Source: Malacoraja senta | Lineage: Eukaryota | Reading direction: 5' to 3' | Length of the DNA: 64,000 nucleotides | NCBI GenBank assembly: GCA_038087875.1 | Contig: CM075988.1 | Span: 3,658,001-3,722,000, forward strand | Part shown: one piece after another, positions 51,690 to 64,000 of the stretch | Layout of the letters: each line of letters starts with the position of its first letter | Position numbering within the stretch: position 1 is the first letter of the stretch | The notes under the pieces: generated by a model | The model's input: the letters and a program-made list of their open reading frames with translations, nothing else | The model's database searches: none | What the model was told of the DNA's origin: nothing | Translations under genes and position numbers: made by a program

Positions 51690-54650
51690 ATAGAAACAGG
51701 CAGAAACGTACAAAATATGTGCAGAAGGTGGCCATTTGGCCCTTCGAGCCAGCACCACCATTCATTGTGATCATGGCTGATCATCCACAATCAGTACCCC
51801 GTGCCTGCCTTCTCCCCATACCCCTTGATTCCGCTAGCCCCTCGAGCTCTATCTAACTCTCTTTTAAATTCACCCAGTGAATTGACCTCCACTTCCTTCT
51901 GTGGCAGGGAATTCCACAAATGGGTGAAAACGTTTTTTCTCATCTCAGTTTTAAATGGCCTCCCCTTTATTCTTAGACTGTGGCCCCTGATTCTAGACTC
52001 CCCCAACATTGGGACCATGTTTCCTACATCTAGCTTCTCCAGTCCTTTTATAATTTTATATGTTTCTATAAGATGCCCTCTCATCCTTCTAAATTCCAGT
52101 GAATACAAGCCCAGTCTTTCCAATCTTTCCTCATATGACAGTCCCGCCCTCCTAGGGATTAACCTCGTGAACCTAGGCTGCACTACCTCAATAGCAAAAA
52201 TGTCCTTCCTCAAATTAGGAGACCACAACTGCACAGAATACTCCTGATGTGGTCTCACCAGGTCCCTGCAGAAGAACCTATACTCAAATCCTCTCATTAT
52301 GAAGGCCAACATGCCATTAGCTTTCTTCACTGCCTGCTGTACCTGCATGTTTACTTTCAGTGACTGGTGTACAAGGACACCCAGGTCTCGTTGCACTTCC
52401 CTTTTTCCTAATTCGACACCATTGAGGTAATAATCTGCCTCCTTGTTCTTGCGCCAAAGTGGATAACCTCACATTTATCTACATTATACTGTATCTGCCA
52501 TGAATCTGCCCACTCACTCAACCTGTCCAAGTCACCCTGCAACCTCCTAGCATCCTCTTCGCAAGTTCACACTGCCACCCAGCTTTGTGTCTTCTGCAAA
52601 TTTGCAAGTGTTACTTTTAATTCCATCATCTAAATCATTAATATATATTGTAAATAGTTGCGGCCCCAGCACCGAGCCTTGCGGCACTCCACTCGCCAAT
52701 GCCTGCCATTCTGACAGGGACCCGTTTATTCCTACTCTTTGTTTCCTGTCTGCCGACCAATTCTCTATCCATGTCAATACCCTATCCACAATACCATGTG
52801 CTCTACTTTTGCCCAATAATCTCTTGTGAGACCTTATCAAAGGCTTTTTGAAAGTCCAGATACACTACCTCTACTGGCTCTCCTTCATCCAGTTTACTTG
52901 TCACCTCCTCAAAAAATTCCAGAAGATTAGTTAAGCAGGATTTCCCCTTCATAAATCCATGCTGACTTGGACCAATCCTGTTACTGCTGTCCAAATGCCC
53001 CATTATTACTTCTTTAATAATTGACTCGAGCATCTTCCCCACCACCGATGTCAGGCTAACTGGTCTGTAATTCCCCGTTTTCTCTCTTGCTCCTTTCTTG
53101 AAAAGTGGGATAACATTAGCTACCTTCCATTCCACAGGAATTGACCCTGAATCTATAGAACATTGGAAAATGATCACCAATGCATCCACTATTTCTAGAG
53201 CCACCTCCTTGAGTAACCTGGGATGCAGACCATCAGGCCCAGGGGATTTATCAGCCTTCAGTCCCATCAGTCTACCCAATACTATTTCTCGCCTAATGCA
53301 AATTTATTTCAGTTCCACTGTCTCCCTAGATCCGCTGTCCTCTAGTACATCTGGGAGATTGTTTGTGTCTTCCTTAGTGAAGACAAAACCAAAGTACCTG
53401 TTCAACTCTTCCTCCATTTCCTTGTTCCCCATAACTCTTCTGCCTTCAAGGGACCCACATTTGTCTTTACTAATCTTATTCTCTTAGCATACCTAAAGAA
53501 GCTTTTACTCTCCTTCTTTATAATCTTGGCCAGCTTACCATAGTACTTTATCACCACCTATTGCCCTTTTTGTTACCTTCTGTTGTTCTTTGAAAGTTTC
53601 CCAATCCTCTAGCTTCCTGCTACTCTTTGCTATGTAATATACCTTGTATTTTAGTTTTATTCCATCCCTAACATCCCTTGTCGGGCACAGTTGCCTCTTA
53701 CTCCCCTTAGAATCTTTCTTCCTCTTTGGAATGAAATGATCCTGCATCTTCTGCATTATATGCCCAGAAATTCCTGCCATTGCTGTTCCACCATCATTCC
53801 TGCTAGGAATCGTTTCCAGTCGAATTTGGCCAGCTCCTCTTGTGCCTTCATAGTCCCCTTTGTTCAACTGCAACACTGACACTTCTGATTTAACCTTTTC
53901 CCTCTCAAATTGAAGATTAAAATGTATCATATAATAGTCACTTCCTTTACTTCGAGTTCCCTTATTAAATCTGGTTCATTAGACAACACTAAATCCAGAA
54001 GTCCCTTGTCTCTGGTGGGCTCCAGTACAAGCTGCTCTAAGAATCCATCTCGGAGGCACTCTACAAACTCCCTTTCTTGGGGTCCAGAACCAACCTGATT
54101 TTCCAAGTCTACCCGCATATTGAAATCTCCCATAACCACAGTGGCCTTACCTTTGTTACATGCCAATTTTAACTCTTGCTGCAACTTGCACCCTATATCC
54201 AGGCTACTGTTTGGGGGCCTGTAGATGACGCTCATTAGTGTCTTCTTACCTTTACAATTCCTCAATTCTATCCACAGTGACTCTACCTCGTCAGTCCCTA
54301 TGTCACCCCTCGCAAGGGACTGAATTGCATCCCTCACCAGCAGAGCTACCCCACCTCCTCTGCCCACCTGCCTGTCTTTTCTATAAGACGTATAACCCTG
54401 AAGATTCAGTTCCCAGGACCGATCCTCCTGCAGCCACGTCTCAGTAATCCTCACAATGTCATATCTACCAATCTTTAACTGAGCCTCAAGCTCATCCAAT
54501 TTACTTCTTATACTTTGCGCATTCATATATAATACTTTTAATCCATTACTCACCTCACCTTTCACATCGATTCCTAATTCACTTGGCTATCCTATCCCTT
54601 CGTGAGCTTTCTGTCCCATTAATTCTGGTGTCTTTCTTAACTTTTCCTAT
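51690..54650 (-). mobile_element. Degraded CR1 LINE with APE endonuclease and RT
   Basis: 53927-54565 encodes ITETWL, GGGVAL, YRPP and MGDFN (APE); frameshifted RT pieces at 51791-53279. Confidence 0.92.
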
Positions 54651-54779
54651 ACTCGGTTACTATGTGACCGCGCGGGTGCTCCGAGTTCCTCCCACATCCC
54701 ACAGACGTGCAGGTTTGTAGGTTAATTAGCCACTGTAAATTACCTTTCAGGTGTGCAGCATGATCTGATGTATCAAAAG

Positions 54780-55440
54780 TTTAATTTGCAAGTTGAATCG
54801 GTAGTGAGGAAGGCAAATGCGATGCTAGCATTTATTTTGAGAGGACTAGAATATATAAACATGGTTGTAATGCTGAGGCTTTATAAGGCTCCGGTCAGAC
54901 CACATTTGCAGTGTTGTGAGCAGTTTTGAGCCCCATATCTGAGGAAGGATGTGCTGACTTTGGAGAGGGTCCAGTGGAGGTTCATGAGAATAATCCCAGG
55001 AATGAGTGGGTTAACATATGATGCGTGTAGGACGGCACTGGGCCTGTACTCACTGGTTTAGGATGAGGGGACACCTCATTGAAACTTACTAAATAGTGAA
55101 ATGCCTGGATGGAGTGGATATGGAGAGAATGTGTTCACTAGTGGGAGAGTCTAGGACCAGAGGCCATAGCCTCAGAATAAAAGGACGTACCTTTAAAAAG
55201 GAGATGAGCAGGAATTTATTTTAATCAAAGAGTGGTGAATCTGTAGAATTCATTGCCACAGATGGCTGTGCAGGCCAAGTCATTGAATACTTTTAAGGTT
55301 GACAGATACTTGATTAGTACGGGTGTCAGGGGTTATGGGGAGAAGGCAGGAGATTCGGATTGAGAGGGAAAGATAGATCAGCCATGATTCAATGGCAAAG
55401 TAGACTCAATGGGCTAATTCTGCTGCAATGACTTATGAAT
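54780..55440 (+). mobile_element. CR1 3' fragment
   Basis: Homologous to 23405-24035 and 28280-28790. Confidence 0.8.
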
Positions 55441-56394
55441 GTATAATTTGAGGAGTTTGATGAGAATGTGAGAAGAATATAAAATGGCATATTTTGCAAA
55501 ATTAGTGTAAATGAGTGCTCCGCAATGACAACAAATATTTCTAGAATTCTTTTCATGATGCATAGCTTCCCAAGGCAAATGTCACAAGCATTATGAAAAG
55601 AAACTGATGCAGAGCTGTGCAGGGAGATATTGCGACTGATGACTGAAATCTAGTTTGGAAGGGAGAGAAGCAGTGAGCAGGTCAGGCAGCATCTGTGGGA
55701 AGAAAAAGAGAGACCACCAGGGGCGCCGGGGAGATGGCTGCCCAGCCGGCAGCCTGTTCGTTTTTTCTTTCTTTTTGTTATTTTTTAGTGCGTTAAAAGT
55801 TTGTTTTAATGTTCTTCGGTATGTTTTATGTGGGGGATGGGGGAGGGGGGTGGGAGGGGGGAGGGGATTGGGGGAAACATTTTTTCAAGTTCCTACCTTT
55901 CCGGAGATGTGATCAATTTTCGGATCACATTCTCCGGGCTCTGCGGCCTACCATCACTGGAGCTGGAGGCCTCCTCGGACTGTTGTGAGCCCCACATCAG
56001 GACTTAACATCGGAGCAGATCCCTTGTCTGGGGCCTGTTTTGCGCTGTAGCTCTTAACTAAAACTAAACAGCAGGCTGCAGATTGAATGTAGGTGGCCTG
56101 CACAGGCGGCATCTATCATCAAAGATGCTCTCCATCCACGCTATGCCCTTTACTCGCTGCTGCTGTTGAACAGGAACTACAGAAGCCTGAGCTCCCACAC
56201 AACCAGCTGCAGGAACTGTTACATCCATCAGCTTCTTGAACTGACCCACACAACCCAAATCCAACCTCATCAACAGAACATTTGCACAGCCATGGACTCG
56301 TTTTTTAAAAATTGGTTTTCAAACCAAAATCTTGCAATCCTTTTCTTTTCACTGTCTTGAAGAATTTGGGTGGTAATTATGCATAATTTATTTA

Positions 56395-58088
56395 TCTATA
56401 TTACTAAAAGTCTGATCTTGACCGCTTTTGGCTCACTGTGCTGTGATTTCCAAAAGAACGCCGCCACCTACGGCCGTCATTTTTGGCCACCTCGCTCAGA
56501 GCCCCCCTCCGCCTTCCTGGACCAGAGGATTTTTCCCGTCGATGAAAAATCAGAGAGATATTAATGTTTTTTTTTTAAATTGTCATTCTATCTCCTGCCA
56601 CTGCTGGAGGGAGGGGGAGGGACTATAAAACCAGTAAGTGGTGTGCCTCATTCAGTCTCTGCAAGATGGAGGAAGCCAGAGGGTCACGTCTCTCTGAGCT
56701 CTGAATAACACTGAACACATGTCTACTCAACTGTGAGTGCCCTTAATGTGGTTTGAAAATTAAAATATGGTTGGTTTGAAGTAAAAAGGCACAGCCTGCA
56801 AATGGTTGTTTGGGGGGTTTGGGTTGAAGTAAAAAGGCACTGCCTGCAAATGGTTGTTTGGGGGGTTTGGGTTGTAGTGAAAAGGCACTGCCTGCAAATG
56901 GTTGTTTGGGGGGTTTGGGTTGAAGTGAAAAGGTACTGCCTGCAAATGGTTGTTTGTCTAAACTTAACAACTTCCTGTTTGCACTATATTGATTTTAGAT
57001 AAAACGCTACCACTTACGGCTGTGATTATTGGCCATCTTACTCAGTTCCCCTCCGCTCATCAGGTGCAGAGGATTCTTCCCATCAATGAAAAACAAAAGT
57101 GTTATTAGTGTTTAAAAAATGTTGAGAATCTCTTTCCTGTTAATCATGCCATGAAGGCCACACCTTTTCCGGTGGGAGGGGGCGAGATTATAAAACCCGG
57201 AAGTGTGGGTGTGGCTCAGTCTCTGCATAATGGGGGAGGGAGAGGTCATGACTCTGTCTGAGCTGTGAATCAACTGAACACACTGAATGTCTACTGAAAT
57301 GTGAGTGTGGTGTTTTGTGTGGTTTTATGGTGGTTTTTATGGTGGTTTCACCCTGCTTGAAATAGTATGAAACTGCATTTGAATTTGGTGGCCTTGCACC
57401 CTGCATGAAATGGTATGAAACTGCATTTGAATGTGGTGTCGTTGCACCCTGCATTAAATGGTATGAAACTGCATTTGAATTTGGTGGCCTTGCATTCTCC
57501 TTGAAATTGTATGAAACTGCACTTGAATTTGGTGGCCTTGCACCCTGCTTGAAGTGGTTGGAAACTGCACTTGAATTCGGTGGCCTTGCACCCTGCTTGA
57601 AGTGGTAGGAAACTGAACCTGAATTTGGTGGCCTTGCACCCTGCTTGAAGTGGTATGAAACTGCACTTGAATTTTGTGGCCTTGCACCCTGCTCGAAGAG
57701 GTAAGAAACTGCACTTGAATTTGGTGGCCTTGCACCCTGCTTGGTAGGAAAATGGATTTGAATTTGGTGGCCTGTCACTCTGCTTGAAATGGAATTTCAA
57801 GGAATAGCCGTGAGTCAACTGCTCGCCCACCAGCCATGAGTGAGCTGCCAGCACATCAGGCGTGAGGGACTGAGCAACCACCCCAAGAATCTATTTGGCC
57901 CACAATGTCCATACTCACCCTCTGGAGACCAGTAGTCCCTGCAGCCAACAACACCCATACCAGCGCTCCAGAAAGCCCCCCACTGGCCACCAATATTGGA
58001 ATTGGTGGAGAGGTGGAATATTGCGTCGGGGGACCAGCCCTACCGTGTGAACTTGGGATCCAACGGGTCCCATGTTCACTTAGTCTAG
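56395..58088 (+). mobile_element. Non-autonomous Helitron with two internal 48-bp tandem arrays
   Basis: a|TCtatattactaaaa 5' end; 3' hairpin gggatccaacgggtccc followed by CTAG|t; no TSD; arrays at ~56770-56955 and ~57349-57790. Confidence 0.85.
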
Positions 58089-58294
58089 TAATTTATGTTT
58101 TTGTGCGTTGTCCATGTGACCATGGTGCTGCTACAAGCAAGGTTTTCGTTGTATCTGTACCTCACTGTGCTTGCATAAATGACAATAAACTTGACTAGGC
58201 TTGATTTGAAGTGGTTGTCCAATCTGCGTTTGGTTTCTCCATTGTGGAGGAGGTCACATTGTGAACATCAAATGCAATGGAGGTTATTCTGCTG

Positions 58295-59155
58295 TAAAGT
58301 AAAGTAAAGTAAATGTATTTATATAGCTCTTTTCAGTCGATTTCAATCCAAAGCCAAAGTGCTTTACAGGGAAGACTATCCATACAAATAATAAAAAGAG
58401 GTAGAAAAAAATGACACAACACACTATAAGAAATTCAACACGAACATCCCCCCACAGTAGAATCTACACTCTCCACTGCGAGGGAAGGCACCAAAATGTC
58501 CCGTCCTCCTCCTCCTCCTAGTCCACCCGAGGTCGGGGCCAGTTTGAGGCCACTGCAGCCAGTCGCCGCAACGGCAGCCCGATGATTATAGGCCCCACCC
58601 GCATCGGGTGGAAAAGTCCTCAGCAGCTTAGAAATGTCTGGAGCGGCCGCTCCTTCCCCGGAGACTGCGACGCCCGTGGACTTTAGGCCGTGCCGGTTGG
58701 AGCTTCGACTCCGCGGTGCTTCCGATCCAGCGCCGCCCGCCCGCGGCGGGATGCCCTCAAACCGTAGACCGCAGACCGCAGACCACAGACCACAGACCGC
58801 AGACCGCGGCTGCTCGATGTTGGTGGTCGGCGGTCACAGCACTCCGGAGCGGCGACCCGGCAAGGCTTCGCCCGCTCCTTGTTGGTGTCCCAGCGCTGTG
58901 CCGCCGAAGCTGTGGTCCCCCGGCTGGAAACGCCGCTCCAGCCCAATGGAAGGCCGCATGGGGAGACCGGAGATGCGATTTGGAGGAAAACCGCATCTCC
59001 GACCAAGGTAGGACTGGGGTTAAAACAGTCCCCCCCCCACCCACATAGAAAGAATAGACTCCAAAAAAATGTTTTAGACAATAAAAAAGTTAGAGGACGG
59101 ACTGCAGGCAGGCAGCCATACAAACGGCGCCCACTCCTGCACATCCGCCATCTTG
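58295..59155 (-). mobile_element. GC-rich non-autonomous retroelement with L2-like tail
   Basis: 5' aagatggcgg; body shared with 26062-26455, 31176-31470 and 55712-56030; 3' tgtaaagcactttg...ctatataaatac(TTTAC)n. Confidence 0.65.
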
Positions 59156-59359
59156 AAGGTAAGCAATAGTCCTGTTCCTGAGAAGCCTCATGTCAAAGAA
59201 AATCACATTATAATGGCAATGGTCATGAGACAAAGGGGGTTGGGAGCTGGAGAGTTTCAGAGTCAGAATAACAAAGTGGTTTTCTCACAGGGATTGAAAA
59301 AATAAAGGCCTTGTCAATAACAATAGGTTTACTTTTGTTACTGCAAATTAAAAATATGA

Positions 59360-59920
59360 AATAGACACAAAATGCTGGAGTAACTCAGCGGGACAGGCAG
59401 CATCTCTGGAGAGAAGGAATGGGTGATGTTTCGGGTTGAGACCCTTCTTCAGATTGAAAGTCAGGGGAGAGGGTGGCACAGAGATAAGGAAGTGTTAGAG
59501 ATATCAAAGGGGATGAGAATCAAGGAAAATGTAGAATAGATCATTGTTAGCTTGGGGGAGGTGACAATGAAGAGATAACATTTAATCAGGGGGAGAGTCA
59601 GACTGGTGGGAGAACTGGGAAGGGGGAGGGATAAAAATAGGGAGAAAGCAAGGGTTACTTGAAATTAGAGAATTCAACGTTCATACCGCTGGGGTGTAAG
59701 CTGTCCAAGCGAAATATGAGGTGCTGTTCCTCCAATTTGTGCTTGGCCTCACTCTGACAATGGAGGAGGCCCAGGACAGAAAGGTCAGTGTGGGAATGGG
59801 ATGGGAATTAAAGTGTTTAACAACTGGGAGATCAGATAGGTTTTGGCAGACAGAGTGGAGGTGTTCAGCGAAACGACCTCCGAGCCTGTGCTTGGTCTAG
59901 CCGATATATAAAAGTCCACA
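59360..59920 (-). mobile_element. Penelope-like element 3' fragment
   Basis: Homologous to 1388-1860, including the endonuclease end and terminal repeat. Confidence 0.85.
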
Positions 59921-62900
59921 ACTTAAATCATGTTTATTACATTGTTTAATAGTATCAGTACACATGTGTCAATTGAAGTGATCGCTTGTCAATTTCAATG
60001 ACCACCCACTGTTAAAATAGCAGCAGTGTTCTTAAGAGATAATGGAGTCTGATTACTGCAAGGAGATTACATAGAAACAGTTTTTCCCCCCACTATAAAT
60101 CCAAGACAGCTTTTTTTCCCCCATCTGACAATTCCAAACTAACTTTGAAGCGGTTCTCTAGTTCTCAATTTAAATTATAATGAATTCAGCCTGAAGAATA
60201 CAAATAACGTTCCCTAACTCATAACTCGCCTTTTATTCAATTTAATTCATGGAAACATGCATTAACGCAAAACTACCTGTACTCTAGTTCGGAAGAAATA
60301 TGAGTGAATCACTGGAAGGATTGTTTGGGTCCTGGGATGGTGGGAAGGGTAGAGATGAAAGAGCAGCTTCTGTAGTTGTAGGTTTGCCTTCAAATCACGT
60401 CAATGTCTATAACCCACTCACTATTATTCTTATGTTTCTATGGAGCCACGATTTCCTGGAACCACATCAATAAACCACATCACCCACATCTCAGTTTTCT
60501 CCGAGATCTTTGGTTTCCTCCCACACTCCAAAGACGTAGAGATTTGAGGGTAAATTGGCTTGGTATAAATGTAAAATTGTCCCTAGTGTGTGTAGTGTAG
60601 TGTTAATGTGCGGGGATCGCTGGTTGGCGCTGAGATTCGGTGGGCGGGCCTGTTTCCACTCTGTATCTCCAATCTAAACTAAAAACTAAACTAAATATAG
60701 TCAGAGCCCTCTCCAGCTGCTGACTGTAAGAATCTAACGTCAAATAAACTTGGAGGTCACAACCCCGTCCCGAGCTGAAATAAGTCAAGAGCAGAACGCT
60801 GTCCCTAGTGTGACAATCTGAAGTAGCTGGGAATGTGACTGGCATGAGATTGGATAAGAATCATCTCGCTTGATCAACACTAAACCCATGAAGAAGTTGG
60901 ACAACACAATGGCACAGCTGGTAGAGCTGCTCCCTCACAAGGCCAGTTCAATCCTCACCCAGGATCCTTGCTTTGTTTGCATGTTCTCCCCGTGACCGTG
61001 TGGGTTTCTCCCCGGTGCTCCGGTTTCCTCCCACATGCAGATTGTTACGTTAACTGGCCTCTGTAAGTTACCCCTTGCATGTAGTGAGTGGTAGAAGTTG
61101 GAGGGTTTGGTGATGATGTGAGAAGATTAAACCCAGGACTAAAGTAGTATTAGCATAAAAGGGTGTTCAAAGGTCAGCAGGAACTTGTCGGACTGAAGGG
61201 CCTGTTCCCATGCCATATCTTTCTAACACCCTAAGAAAACCCGAAGAAAATAGAAAGATAAATTAATTTTAAAATGAGACGCAGAGGTGCAGTGGGAGTT
61301 GCTGCCTTACAGCGCCAGTGACCCGGGTTCGATCCTGAGTATGGGTGCTGTCTCTACAGACTTTCCACATTTTCCCTGTGACCGCGCGGGTTTTCTCCGG
61401 GTGTTCCGGTTTCCTCCCACACTCCAAAGACGTACAGGTTTGTCGATTAAATGGCTTCGGTAAAAAAATTGTAAATTGTCCCGAGTGTGCAGGTTAGTGG
61501 TGGTGTATGGGGTGATCGCTTTATGGTGTTGGACTTGGTGGGCCAAAGGGCCTGTTTCTGGGCTGTATCTTTAAAGTCTAAAGACTAATATTGAGTTGGA
61601 GTATGAGCTTGCATCAGCATTCCTGTGTTACAGATCTACCAGAGAGCAGTGCTGAACTACTATCTACCTCTTTGGTGACCCTCGGACTATTCTTGATTGG
61701 ACATTGTTGGCTTTACCTTGCACTAAACTTTATTCCCTTATCATGTATCTGTACACTGTAAATGGCTGGATTGTAATCATGTATTGTCTATCTGCTGGCT
61801 GGTTAGCACGCAACAAAAGCTTTTCACTGTACCTCGATACACGTGACAGTAAAGGAACAGACTTGGTAAATAGAATGATAATAGAAGACAATGTACTGTG
61901 ATGTTGGTAGACAAAAATTCTGGAGAAACTCAGCGAGTGAGGCAGCATCTATGGAGCGAAGGAAATACGCAACGTTGCCTATTTCCTTCGCTCCATAGAT
62001 GCAGCCTCACCCGCTGAGTTTCTCCAGCATTTTTGTCTACCTTCGATTTTCCAGCATCTGCAGTTCCTTCTTAAACATACTGTGATGTTGGTTCACTGGT
62101 TAGACTGTGAAAACATGTGAGGAGTTCTGTACTCTGATTGTTGCAGGATAAATACTGTGAGCAAGGAGATCAGAAAGCTCTGCTCTTCGAGATGAGTTAT
62201 ATTGTTAGACTCAACTGGCCCTTGACGTCTCCAATCCAATTTCAACTCCTTTAGCCTCCCTAAAGATTATAAGCACTTAAGCAATGTTCAGCTAATTAAC
62301 TTGCAAACATGCATCACAGGACAGCTGCAGATAAAACTTCCACCCTATTCACCCCAAATCAGACTGAAGAAGGGTCCCGACCCGAAATGCCACCTATCCA
62401 TGTTCTCTAGTGGTGCTGCCTGACACCATTGAGTTACACCAGGATTTTGTCACTCCAAACCAACACTTCGACCTTCCCAAACCCCGTAACCTCATCCCCA
62501 ACCGTAACCCCAACCGTAATCACCAATCCCGTCTTGTCCTCGGCATGCCACTTCACTCCCGTGGAAGACCAGAGAAGGTAGTTGAGGCAGGGACGATTGC
62601 AACATTTAGGAAACATTTAGACGGGTACATGGATAGGGTCTCGATCCGAAACGTCAGAGTCTGAAGGAGGGTCTCGACCCGAAATGTCAGAGTCTGAAGA
62701 AGAGTCTCGACCAGAAATGTCAGTCTGAAGAAGGGTCTTGACCCGAAACATCACCCATTCCTTCTCTCGAGAGATGCCTGACCTGCTGAATTACTCCAGC
62801 ATTTTGTGTCTATCATCGATTAAACCAGCATCTGCAGTTCCTTCCTACACATGGATAGGAACAGTTTAGAGGGATATGGGCCAAACACATGTTGGTCAGT

Positions 62901-62997
62901 ATGGGCAGGTTGGGTGGAAGGGCCTGTTTCCACACTCTATGAGTATGACGGCAGTGTGTGACCATTGAGGGTGTTTGCGACAGGCTGCTCCTCTCAC

Positions 62998-63155
62998 CTT
63001 GATATAGGTGGCCCCACCCAGGGGCTCTCCGTCTCGGATCCAGGTGATGACCGCCGCTGGCTTGGCATTGTCCGCACGGCACGTCAGGTTCAGGGAGTCT
63101 CCGACCTTCAGGCTGACCACTGGCCCGCTGCTGATGACCGGATTGTCCGGAGGGA
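62998..63155 (-). CDS. KIRREL3: KIRREL3-like coding exon (equivalent to human KIRREL3 exon 5; first half of Ig2)
   Basis: Minus strand: tttgttgcAG|TC CCT CCG...ATC AAG|GTgag, 158 bp, phase 1 to 0. Encodes (V)[52 protein letters not shown], close to KIRREL3 as I recall it ([39 protein letters not shown]). Family is secure; exact paralog is less so. Confidence 0.9.
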
Positions 63156-63315
63156 CTGCAACAAAGGAACACACGTTCAAGCAGGAAACCAAACGCCGCT
63201 GGACAATGCCTCCATCTCTGCAGTGGCAATAATCAACATAAATATCAGCCCCAAACACAGTCACATCCGTCAAACGATGAGGAGGAGGAATGTCTTTAGT
63301 CAGAGGGGGGTGAAC

Positions 63316-63456
63316 GGGGTTGGAGATTGCAACCTTCACGTGGTCCACCCTGTTTCGACTAATGCAATCAACCCGGCGTGCACAAGCAAGATCAAATAGA
63401 ACAAGTTGACCAACAACTTTTAGCTGTGCACGCCATACGCTAGAAGAAGAAGAAGA
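63316..63456 (+). mobile_element. Short non-autonomous Vingi-like retroelement (copy 2) inserted in a CR1 3' fragment
   Basis: Highly similar to 49783-49925; 14-bp flanking duplication with one mismatch at 63302-63315 and 63457-63470. Confidence 0.7.
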
Positions 63457-63708
63457 AGAGGGTGGTGAACCTGTGGAATTTTTAAGGCAGAGATAGATAG
63501 ATTCATGATTAGTACGGATGTCAGGGGTTATGGGGAGAAGGCAGGAGAATGGGGTTGAGAGGGAAAGATAGATCAGCCATGATTGAATGGCAGAGTACAC
63601 CTGATGGGCTGAAAGGCCTATTTCTGCTCCTATTACTAATGAACCTATGAAAGTGGGAACTAATCTGAAGTCCATCCTTCCATTACATTCATTGTCACGC
63701 TATGCAAA

Positions 63709-64000
63709 GGGCGGCACGGTGGCGCAGCGGTAGAACGGCTATCTCACAGGGCCTGAGATCCAGGTTCAATCCTGACTACGGGTGCTGTCTGTGCCGAGTT
63801 TGTACATTCTCCCTGTGACCACGTGCGTTTTCTCCGGGTGCTCTGGTTTCCGCCCTCATTCCAAAGATGTGCAGGTTTGTAAGTTAATTGGCTGCTGTAA
63901 ATTGCCCCTTGTGCGTTGCATGAGAAACTGGGATCACTTACAACTAGTGTATGGATCATTGTGGATCGGCATTGATCTGATGGGACAAAGGGCCTGTTTC
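63709..64000 (+). mobile_element. V-SINE (HE1-like)
   Basis: gggcggcacggtggcgcagcggtaga head, V-domain, tail runs off the window. Confidence 0.85.

Noticed and set aside
57188..57881. Long repetitive ORFs (196 aa and 177 aa) and a CRISPR-like appearance
   Set aside because: Products of a 48-bp head-to-tail tandem array in a Helitron; no unique spacers and no cas genes in this eukaryotic DNA.
63709..63785. tRNA-like sequence with A and B boxes
   Set aside because: It is the head of a V-SINE, continuing into the V-domain and LINE-like tail; not a tRNA gene.

Overview
Repeat-dense vertebrate intronic DNA. The HE1-like V-SINE, CR1, Rex1 and Penelope content points to a cartilaginous fish, probably a skate or ray (inference). 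The window lies inside a minus-strand KIRREL/Neph-family gene closest to KIRREL3. Three Ig-domain coding exons have canonical splice sites: 62998-63155, 38154-38304 and 1159-1307. The ~106-bp exon needed between the last two was not found and may lie in the 200-N gap at 25059-25258. The rest is mostly mobile DNA: V-SINEs, CR1, Rex1/Babar, L1, Vingi, Penelope-like pieces with hammerhead-like cores, Harbinger-type MITEs, Helitrons and a DNA element with 7-bp TSDs. Most interesting are two related Harbinger-type elements (16100-18455 and 20740-22780). They share both arms but carry unrelated cargo resembling 5' ends of genes: a signal-peptide exon in one and a CCAAT/short-exon/donor module in the other. 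They are candidate Pack-type gene-fragment-capturing transposons. Coordinates were read by eye and repeat boundaries are approximate; no database searches were run.
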